DNA of 38,940 nucleotides from a virus: IMG/VR virus record IMGVR_UViG_3300045988_115954; one strand, 5' to 3'. Shown piece by piece: positions 22,650 to 28,584 of this stretch (position 1 is its first letter; each line of letters starts with the position of its first letter). The notes under the pieces were generated by a model. It saw only the letters and a program-made list of their open reading frames with translations, ran no database searches and was not told where the DNA came from. The position numbers and the translations under genes were made by a program.

Positions 22650-23762
22650 ATGGGCGAATATATCAGAAAGACCGCCCGGTACAATGGAAAGAAGTACGAG
22701 GCAACAGGGAAAACAGAGCTTGAGGCCATGACCAAGCTGGCGGAAAAGCTGGCAGCAGCCAAACGTGGGGAAGAAGCCATTGGCGGGTCGATGACTGTGA
22801 CTGCATGGTATAAGCAGTGGAAAGCGACCTATAAGGACCCAAAAGGGCTGACCAAGAAATCCCTTGGTATGTACGATGAAAAATTCAATGGCTATATCAA
22901 GCCTGCCATCGGCTCCATGAAGCTCAAGGATGTGAAGGACGTACACCTTCAGCGGATTTTAAATGGGCAGGCGGGGAGATCCGCATCCCATGTAAAGAAG
23001 CTGCGAATGGTCATGCAGGAAATGTTTAAGAGGGCCAGACAGTCACGCCTTATTCCATATGATCCAGCTGAGCTCCTAGAGTTGCCCCATGTTCAGACGC
23101 ACCAGCGGCGCTCTATAACGGAGGAAGAGAGAGCGGCTATTCTCGCTGTAGCTGAGCATCACCGGGCTGGACTGTGGGTTCTTACCCTACTCTATACCGG
23201 CATGCGTCCTGGGGAGACGGCAGCACTTACTTGGGCTGATGTAGATTTTGTAAATAATGAGATCCATGTCCACGCGGCAAAAGAAAGCGGCTCTCAGGCT
23301 ATCAAAGGTCCAAAGACGGATTCCGGCGTCCGGGACATACCGATCCATTCAGACCTTCTTTGGAGGCTTCAGAACGCCAAGAAAAATTCCTTCGCTCCTG
23401 TATTCCCAACCGGGGCCGGGAACTTTCAGAATGAGAACAGCCTGCGCCGTCTTTGGACTGGCTTCAAAAGAGAATTGGACTTATACTTAGGCGCAAAGAC
23501 CGAGCGGAATCGAATTGTAGAATCTGTGGTAGCTCCAGATCTCACCCCATATTGTCTGCGTCACACTTTTTGCACCGATTTGCAAAAAGCTGGTGTCCCG
23601 CTCAATGTGGCAAAAGAGCTCATGGGACACTCTGACATTCAGATGACCGCCAATATTTACACCCACAGAGACAGTTCAACACTCCATAATGGTATCGCCT
23701 TATTGGATGGGACCAAATCAACAAGTGGTGGAAATGGTGGTGGAAATCGAGAGAATGCATAA
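22650..23762 (+). CDS. int: Tyrosine recombinase (phage integrase)
   Basis: 370 aa from the ATG at 22650 (SD GGGAGG). Catalytic-region motifs are TGMRPGE, HCLRHTF, LMGHSDIQMT and Y in NIYTH. Confidence 0.95.
   Translation: MGEYIRKTARYNGKKYEATGKTELEAMTKLAEKLAAAKRGEEAIGGSMTVTAWYKQWKATYKDPKGLTKKSLGMYDEKFNGYIKPAIGSMKLKDVKDVHLQRILNGQAGRSASHVKKLRMVMQEMFKRARQSRLIPYDPAELLELPHVQTHQRRSITEEERAAILAVAEHHRAGLWVLTLLYTGMRPGETAALTWADVDFVNNEIHVHAAKESGSQAIKGPKTDSGVRDIPIHSDLLWRLQNAKKNSFAPVFPTGAGNFQNENSLRRLWTGFKRELDLYLGAKTERNRIVESVVAPDLTPYCLRHTFCTDLQKAGVPLNVAKELMGHSDIQMTANIYTHRDSSTLHNGIALLDGTKSTSGGNGGGNRENA
23725..23747 (+). repeat. Tandem GGTGGTGGAAAT motifs (2 copies), candidate integrase arm-type sites (left set)
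   Basis: Read directly inside the 3' end of int. The same motif recurs twice at 23960-23984. Confidence 0.45.
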
Positions 23763-23811
23763 AGAAATCTCTTAGAGCCACAAGGGTTATATGGTTTTAT
23801 GATATACTGCT

Positions 23812-23855
23812 TCCGGTTCTGAATGTTGGGGGTTCGAGTCCCTTCGGCCGTACCA
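23812..23855 (+). other. tRNA 3'-end-like segment (T-arm GGTTCGAGTCC, 3' acceptor strand, CCA), candidate attP core
   Basis: The sequence is gggggTTCGAGTcccttcggccgtaCCA. No matching 5' acceptor strand lies upstream, so it is a fragment. It starts about 50 nt downstream of the int stop codon. Confidence 0.6.
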
Positions 23856-23864
23856 AAGAAAAAA

Positions 23865-23906
23865 GCTCCGAAAGCCTTGATTTTAAAGGGTTTTCGGAGT
23901 TTTTTA
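23865..23906 (+). terminator. Intrinsic terminator
   Basis: An 8-bp outer stem ctccgaaa/tttcggag plus an inner cctt/aagg stem is followed by T6. Confidence 0.75.
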
Positions 23907-23959
23907 TGTTTCTGAAAAGAAAGTTACAAGTGCATAAAACAGCATATTTTTAGCTATTA

Positions 23960-23984
23960 GGTGGTGGAAAAGGTGGTGGAAAAA
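23960..23984 (+). repeat. Tandem GGTGGTGGAAA motifs (2 copies), candidate arm-type sites (right set)
   Basis: Read directly. They have the same orientation as the left set and flank the tRNA-like core. Confidence 0.45.
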
Positions 23985-24009
23985 TCCGCCCCCATTTCTG
24001 AGGGCGGAT
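23984..24009 (-). terminator. Intrinsic terminator of the cargo operon
   Basis: An atccgccc/gggcggat 8-bp stem is followed by T5 on the minus strand. It lies 4 nt after the stop codon at 24013. Confidence 0.7.
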
Positions 24010-24012
24010 CTG

Positions 24013-24801
24013 TCATCTCACGACGTACTGATAATACTTAGCGAGTTTGTCCGGTCCGGCGTCCTTGTCGTCCAGGAACGCTTTCGCCATGTCCACGTAG
24101 AAGTCGATATTGCTCCCCACGTTGAACTTTTTGGCGACCTTGACATAATCGCTGTAGATCATGTTGAGGGCCGCCCAGAACTCCGCAGGGTCGCACTCGA
24201 TCCCGCGCTGGGCCATGACCTGCTTGGCCTGCTCAAACGACCAATGAGGCCCCTTTGTGCCGTCCTCATTTTCCATATTGGCGGTCCATTCCTCCGCCAT
24301 GCGGCGGTCGAAGGGCATGTGCCCGGAAGCGGCTCCATAGCCACTCATTCGCTCTCCACCTCTCCGGTATTCCATTTCGTTCATGCGGTAGTCGTGTTCA
24401 AACTCCCTGGGGGTCTTCATTTCACCCTCACCAGAAATGGCGAATCCGATCTTATTCATGGGCCTAGTCATCTCCCGTCTATCAGTATAGGCCGGAGGCA
24501 TATAGTATGGATAGCCATAGTGGGACTGAGGGCCCGTCATGCGGTCATCCCAGTAGTTGCTCTCCACCCACGTCCCACCATCATTGCGAGGGGCAAAACG
24601 GCCATCAGAATATCGACGATATCCCCGGTCCTCCGGCTCCATCATCTCAGAACGAGGCGCATACCGACCGTTGTCATAGTGCTCCCGGCCACGGCGGTCA
24701 CGGAATTTATCATCAACATCGTAGTTTTCATAGCTCCGTCCATCGTTGTAGCGGCGATTGCTGCCACTGGACATGAGCATCATCCGTGTGGATCGTTTCA
24801 T
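24013..24801 (-). CDS. Cargo protein P262: Arg/Tyr/Asp/Met-rich disordered N-terminal ~170 aa plus a compact helical C-terminal domain. Function unknown.
   Basis: SD AGGAGGG. The motif DGR(Y/F)APR occurs twice. The C-terminus is HWSFEQAKQVMAQRGIECDPAEFWAALNMIYSDYVKVAKKF...KLAKYYQYVVR. Confidence 0.7.
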   Translation of the reverse strand: MKRSTRMMLMSSGSNRRYNDGRSYENYDVDDKFRDRRGREHYDNGRYAPRSEMMEPEDRGYRRYSDGRFAPRNDGGTWVESNYWDDRMTGPQSHYGYPYYMPPAYTDRREMTRPMNKIGFAISGEGEMKTPREFEHDYRMNEMEYRRGGERMSGYGAASGHMPFDRRMAEEWTANMENEDGTKGPHWSFEQAKQVMAQRGIECDPAEFWAALNMIYSDYVKVAKKFNVGSNIDFYVDMAKAFLDDKDAGPDKLAKYYQYVVR

Positions 24802-24813
24802 TTTGATCCCTCC

Positions 24814-25209
24814 TTACGCCGTAGGGGCGGGAGCAGCGCCCCCGTCAATGCTGGTTAGGTTGTTGCTGGGGGAGCAGCAGGGAGTGCCCAGCATACGGAA
24901 CGAACCTCCGGTTGGGGTAGTAACGACACAGAGAGAGTATTTGGTCCGGGTACGGATGCCACAGGCGGTGACCTGAGCGCAATTCCGCTTTGTCATCGGA
25001 TAGAGAGTGGTCCCGGTCCCGATAGTAAAATACACCGGAGCATTGATGGTAGTGGTGTCGGGGATGGCCTGACCCACGACCACGCAATACTTCTCTCCGT
25101 TGTTGTAGGAACCAGCAGGAAGGTTGATCTCCAGGTTTCCACCGGTAAAAGCGACCGCCTGAGAGATCACAAGCCGGTCACAGAGTCTGCATACAGGTTT
25201 ACAAGACAT
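24814..25209 (-). CDS. Cargo protein P131: Cys-rich, predicted beta-rich small protein. Function unknown.
   Basis: ATG 25209 follows GGAGG. It starts MSCKPVCRLCDR and has GTPCCSPS near the C-terminus. I counted 9 Cys. Confidence 0.7.
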   Translation of the reverse strand: MSCKPVCRLCDRLVISQAVAFTGGNLEINLPAGSYNNGEKYCVVVGQAIPDTTTINAPVYFTIGTGTTLYPMTKRNCAQVTACGIRTRTKYSLCVVTTPTGGSFRMLGTPCCSPSNNLTSIDGGAAPAPTA

Positions 25210-25219
25210 AATTACCTCC

Positions 25220-25256
25220 AAAAATCAGGGGCGGCAGACACTCAGCCCACCGCCCC
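25220..25256 (-). terminator. Internal hairpin plus T-run (attenuator or partial terminator) within the cargo operon
   Basis: On the minus strand, ggggcgg-15 nt-ccgcccc is followed by tgattttt and then immediately the SD of the next gene. Confidence 0.55.
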
Positions 25257-25307
25257 GAAATAGTCACGGCAGAGCCGGAAAGTTAATTGCCTCGATTTTG
25301 ATGCAAT

Positions 25308-26069
25308 TTAGCAGCCACAGCCGCAGCCATTGTTATAGGCCCCGCAGTAGGGATAGGGGGCGGGCACCTGATAGGCGGGCACAGGCATGGGGTTGATCCG
25401 GCGGATCAGCTCAGAGGTCTGGGCATCCAGAGTAGCGGTCAGGTAGCTGTTCTGGTTGGCCTGAGAGGCAGCCAGCTTGAGAGACTGATTCTCCGCCTGG
25501 AGGGAATCGATCTTGCTCTGAGTCAGGAAGTCCAGAATGGCGCGGGTGTTGGAGTTGTTATTCTCCAGGATATCGCGGGTGCTGCCCTGGATGGTGTTCT
25601 GGATGGCGCAGGTATTGGTCGCCATGTTGTAATTCACACCATCGATGGCCCGCTGGGTCTGGCAGCAGCAATCCTGAGCCTGAGCGGCCATATTGCACAT
25701 CTGAGACTGGACACCGTTGAAGCCCTGAAGCAGAGCCACATTGGTGTTGTTGAAGCCGCTGGTGATGCTGTTGTTCAGGGCATAGGTGCTGTCACAGATG
25801 CCCTGCTGGATAGCAGAGATGCCGCGCTCCACACCATTGAAGGCAATGGCCTCGTTTACATCTGCACGAGTGGCAAGGCCCTGGAGTCCGGGATCAGTGC
25901 TGGCACCGCCACCGCCGAAGCCGCCGAAACCACCGCGGCCCCAGCCGAAGATCATGGCAAAGATGATGATAGCCCACCAGCCGTCACCGCCCCAGAAGCC
26001 GCCGTTGTTACAGTTGCCACCATTGGAATCGCTGCCCAGCGCATAGCCAGTCGCAAAATCGTTATCCAT
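25308..26069 (-). CDS. Cargo protein P253: membrane-anchored Gly/Trp-, Asn/Gln- and Cys-rich protein. Function unknown.
   Basis: SD AAGGAG. Features are GGFWGGDGWWAIIIFAMIFGWGRGGFGGFGGGG, a CCC motif, a coiled-coil segment, and a C-terminal YCGAYNNGCGCGC. Confidence 0.7.
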   Translation of the reverse strand: MDNDFATGYALGSDSNGGNCNNGGFWGGDGWWAIIIFAMIFGWGRGGFGGFGGGGASTDPGLQGLATRADVNEAIAFNGVERGISAIQQGICDSTYALNNSITSGFNNTNVALLQGFNGVQSQMCNMAAQAQDCCCQTQRAIDGVNYNMATNTCAIQNTIQGSTRDILENNNSNTRAILDFLTQSKIDSLQAENQSLKLAASQANQNSYLTATLDAQTSELIRRINPMPVPAYQVPAPYPYCGAYNNGCGCGC

Positions 26070-26175
26070 TGTATATACTCCTTTATCAGTTATTACATCG
26101 GGGCCGTACGCTCCCCGGATGTTTCCAAAGAGCGGTTTTTATCAAGACCCGAAAACTGATAAAGAGTGCGCTATT

Positions 26176-26412
26176 TTATTTCATCGGAATCCCAAGCTGT
26201 CTTGCGATTTCCTCAACTGTGGTCCCTCTCTGCTTTGCCATGTTCTCCGCGGTCTGGCGAAGCTGCTGGGGATTCTTCCCCTGGATGAGCCGCATAGCCT
26301 GGGCGGCCTGTGGGTTTTGCCCGGCCATTTGCTGGAGCATTTGCATAGGATTTCCGCCGTTCCGCGCCATCTGGAGCATAGCCATCATGGGATTATTCAT
26401 CGGAGGCATCAT
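26176..26412 (-). CDS. Cargo protein P78: Met/Gln/Pro/Asn-rich small protein. Function unknown.
   Basis: Sequence begins MMPPMNNPMMAMLQMARNGGNPMQMLQQMAGQNPQAAQ.... It overlaps the upstream gene by 20 nt. The SD is weak. Confidence 0.55.
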   Translation of the reverse strand: MMPPMNNPMMAMLQMARNGGNPMQMLQQMAGQNPQAAQAMRLIQGKNPQQLRQTAENMAKQRGTTVEEIARQLGIPMK

Positions 26413-26881
26413 TCTTTTTCACTGCCTTTCCAGCGGGCTTTTTCAGTCTGTCCACCTCATCTTTTAGGTTTTGCACTGTGTCCTTCATGTCTATAAACTC
26501 GTCCAGTGGAGCAAAGGCCGCCACCTGCGCAGGGGCTTGTTGCTGTTTTTCTCTGGGTACATCGAGCTTAAACTCGAACACATCAGCTGCACCGCTGTTG
26601 GTGTTGAATCGTTTCATGTAGACCACATTATGGGCAAGGTCCGGGAAGAACATTGGAGCACCCATAAAGTCTACCGGGACCCCAAGCGCCTCCTCTCGGG
26701 AGGCCACAGGACGGCAGAAAAAGTTAGGCTGTGTGTTTGTACTTCCAACCGTCTGCGCGGCCTGTACGGGCTGCGGAGCGGGCTGCTGCATAGGCTGGTA
26801 GATCTGTGGAGCGGGCGCAAACGGAGTTACTGGGTTGTATCCGCCATAAGCGGGGTATGTATAATTAGGAAATCCGGCCAT
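26393..26881 (-). CDS. Cargo protein P162: Pro/Gln/Tyr-rich N-terminus, small globular core and charged C-terminus. Function unknown.
   Basis: SD GAAGGAGG. Sequence MAGFPNYTYPAYGGYNPVTPFAPAPQIYQPMQQPAPQP...FFCRPVASREEALGVPVDFMGAPMFFPDL. Confidence 0.7.
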   Translation of the reverse strand: MAGFPNYTYPAYGGYNPVTPFAPAPQIYQPMQQPAPQPVQAAQTVGSTNTQPNFFCRPVASREEALGVPVDFMGAPMFFPDLAHNVVYMKRFNTNSGAADVFEFKLDVPREKQQQAPAQVAAFAPLDEFIDMKDTVQNLKDEVDRLKKPAGKAVKKNDASDE

Positions 26882-27026
26882 TGTCCAGCGCCTCCTTCCT
26901 CGCTTCTACTTCATCCACGTATTTTTGGAGCCCATAGTCATCCCCCTGGGCCTGATACCACATCACACTCTCGGCGGCACAGTCCGGTCGGATGCCGGCG
27001 GCCACCAGCCTTTCTACCGGGGTCAT
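26865..27026 (-). CDS. Cargo protein P53 (53 aa). Function unknown.
   Basis: Below the track cutoff. Sequence MTPVERLVAAGIRPDCAAESVMWYQAQGDDYGLQKYVDEVEARKEALDNGRIS. The SD is AAGGACG and the ORF overlaps the next start. Confidence 0.5.
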   Translation of the reverse strand: MTPVERLVAAGIRPDCAAESVMWYQAQGDDYGLQKYVDEVEARKEALDNGRIS

Positions 27027-27135
27027 ATATCACACGTCCTTTGTATAAAAATAATGGAGTCCGTGAGGAGGGCGGCGACGTGTACCAACCCTTGATCCCC
27101 ACGTCCTCCATGGATATATTGTCGCATAAAATAAG

Positions 27136-27160
27136 CCCGCATGGGTGGCATCCATGCGGG
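27136..27160 (-). terminator. Hairpin plus T-rich tract on the minus strand
   Basis: A cccgcatgg/ccatgcggg 9-bp stem is followed by cttatttta on the minus strand. Confidence 0.55.
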
Positions 27161-27190
27161 AGTTGTGTGGGAGTTATGTGGGATTTATGT
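27158..27190. repeat. Three tandem 11-bp repeats GGGA(G/T)TT(G/A)TGT
   Basis: The three units read gggagttgtgt, gggagttatgt and gggatttatgt, with helical-turn periodicity. They lie upstream of the plus-strand promoter. Confidence 0.8.
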
Positions 27191-27227
27191 GAAATACGTA
27201 ACGACGTAACTTCGTTACTCTGCATAG

Positions 27228-27255
27228 TTGACATTCGTTTTCTTTGGGGTATAAT
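27228..27255 (+). promoter_or_regulatory. Near-consensus promoter TTGACA-16-TATAAT
   Basis: Read directly. It points into the 3' end of the small-peptide gene on the opposite strand. Confidence 0.65.
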
Positions 27256-27261
27256 AAAAGT

Positions 27262-27357
27262 GTGGAAACCCAGACGGTTGCCACATACATAAGACTTACA
27301 GGGCCGAGGGCTTAGCCCTCAAACATCCATGAGCCGTTCTGTTGCAGCAGACGGCTC
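27262..27357 (+). ncRNA. Candidate antisense small RNA (type I antitoxin-like). The 3' end is uncertain and may extend to ~27650.
   Basis: It lies downstream of the 27228 promoter. It contains hairpins tgtgg...ccaca, gagggc-tta-gccctc and gagccgt...acggctc (27331-27357). It has no ORF with an SD. Confidence 0.45.
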
Positions 27358-27448
27358 ACTTCTTCTTTCTATCGCGCACATAGAGCACGAGGGACACAAT
27401 GCTTGCAATGGAGCCAATGGCACCCAAAACTGCAAAGGTGAAAGTCAA
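27356..27448 (-). CDS. Small hydrophobic peptide (30 aa from TTG, or 32 aa from ATT 27454), type I toxin / holin-like-toxin-like
   Basis: GGGAGGTG lies upstream. The sequence is (M)TFTFAVLGAIGSIASIVSLVLYVRDRKKK, one TM helix plus a basic tail. Its stop codon overlaps a strong hairpin. Confidence 0.5.
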   Translation of the reverse strand: MTFTFAVLGAIGSIASIVSLVLYVRDRKKK

Positions 27449-27609
27449 AGTAATATGTATCACCTCCCGAGGAATTATTTCCCGCGAGGCTACATATTTC
27501 GCCTTCCTTTCCGCTCTCGCGGGATGGTCAGGCAACCGTCTTTTTTAACCGCACACCATCTACAAAGGCGGATAAAACTCGACAGTAGACGGTGGGTTTC
27601 CACAGCCGA

Positions 27610-27638
27610 ATTATACCAATAAAAAGGAGCCGGGTCAA
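27610..27638 (-). promoter_or_regulatory. Near-consensus promoter TTGACC-17-TATAAT
   Basis: Read on the minus strand. It lies about 150 nt upstream of the small peptide ORF and overlaps the stop codon and terminator loop of the preceding gene. Confidence 0.65.
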
Positions 27639-27649
27639 TTCCCGACTCC
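27626..27649. terminator. Bidirectional hairpin terminator
   Basis: A ggagccggg/cccgactcc stem (one G-U pair on the minus-strand RNA) has T-runs on both strands. Confidence 0.6.
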
Positions 27650-27895
27650 TTCTTTTTGTGCAATTCTACTTGCGGACCGCTTCACTTCATCCATTATGTA
27701 CGAAAGGTGGTGAGACACTGTTGACCTATCCCAGCCCAACTCAGCCGCTATATCTGCCTGTGGCATCTTCTCAATGATATACCTTCTGGCGATGATGTCA
27801 TCGTCACGATGAAGCGCAGCTTCCTCGATTGCTATTTTAAGCTCTGAGCGCAAGAGCCTGTCCAACGGTTCTGGAAGTTTTACTCTTGCACTCAT
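27635..27895 (-). CDS. Sigma-70 region-4-like HTH protein (86 aa)
   Basis: The sequence IIARRYIIEKMPQADIAAELGWDRSTVSHHLSYIMDEV resembles the r4.2 HTH of ECF/sigma-70 proteins. Regions 2 and 3 are absent. Confidence 0.55.
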   Translation of the reverse strand: MSARVKLPEPLDRLLRSELKIAIEEAALHRDDDIIARRYIIEKMPQADIAAELGWDRSTVSHHLSYIMDEVKRSASRIAQKEGVGN

Positions 27896-27910
27896 TTGGT
27901 CACGTCCTTA

Positions 27911-28573
27911 TTACTTATTTGCAGCCGCCATCATAGCAGCCTCCAGTCGAGTACACAAACCCATGGGCCTGGACCCATCTGTAACGCCAGCCTTAACCAC
28001 TCTTTCCAGCCCTTCAATTTCCCACTGCTGGGTCGGTTTCTTCTTGGCCTGCCTGGACATCCAGTTTTCCATCATTGCATCAAACTGATCCTGAGTCATA
28101 TCATCATCCTCCTGATATTCGGGGCGATATGCGCCCACAATGAATTTCTTGTGTCTCCGGCGGCGCAGTACCGCACCTCCGTTGTCCTCACTGGCACTTC
28201 CGGTGTTGCCGTCAATGGTGGTGATGTAGGTCCCGTCCCAGCTCTCGCAGATGCCAACATGCCCGGCGGAGCTTCTGCCGGAGAAGTTGAAGAACACGAT
28301 GTCTCCCGGCCGGTAGTCAGTCACCTTCTGCTTCTTGTGGAAGGACATCAGCGTGGGGCAGTAGGCGGTCTCTCCGCCGCCATAGTACATGTCAGAGGCC
28401 CCGGCCTCCCGGAACACCCACCAGACGAACACGGCGCACCAGGGGTGTTTGCCATCGGATACCTCCCTGCCATAGTAGGCAGTGTTGTATTTCACATTAT
28501 CACTTTTGGCAGGGGATTCTTTGGTCCCGATCTGTGACTGGGCGATTTCCAATATCTTTTCAGCGATTGCCAT
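27911..28573 (-). CDS. Endolysin with an N-terminal CHAP/NlpC-P60-type amidase/peptidase domain
   Basis: ATG 28573 follows GAGGAGG. The catalytic Cys context is HPWCAVFVWW and the His context is AGHVGI. It follows the holin genes. Confidence 0.85.
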   Translation of the reverse strand: MAIAEKILEIAQSQIGTKESPAKSDNVKYNTAYYGREVSDGKHPWCAVFVWWVFREAGASDMYYGGGETAYCPTLMSFHKKQKVTDYRPGDIVFFNFSGRSSAGHVGICESWDGTYITTIDGNTGSASEDNGGAVLRRRRHKKFIVGAYRPEYQEDDDMTQDQFDAMMENWMSRQAKKKPTQQWEIEGLERVVKAGVTDGSRPMGLCTRLEAAMMAAANK

Positions 28574-28584
28574 AGTGCGCCTCC

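Noticed and set aside
23780-23855. Possible complete tRNA gene downstream of int
   Set aside because: Only the T-arm, 3' acceptor strand and CCA are present. No complementary 5' acceptor strand (acggccg) or D-arm lies in the preceding 80 nt. I treat it as an attP tRNA fragment.
24244-24858. 204-aa plus-strand ORF (and shorter ones) opposite cargo gene P262
   Set aside because: It is an antisense shadow and is His/Arg/Pro-rich with no SD. The minus-strand gene has a strong SD and a terminator.
26471-27292. 273-aa plus-strand ORF spanning P162, P53 and the regulatory region
   Set aside because: It crosses two well-supported minus-strand genes, a terminator and a promoter. It has no SD.
27896-28537. 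213-aa plus-strand ORF opposite the endolysin
   Set aside because: It is an antisense shadow of a gene with clear CHAP catalytic motifs.
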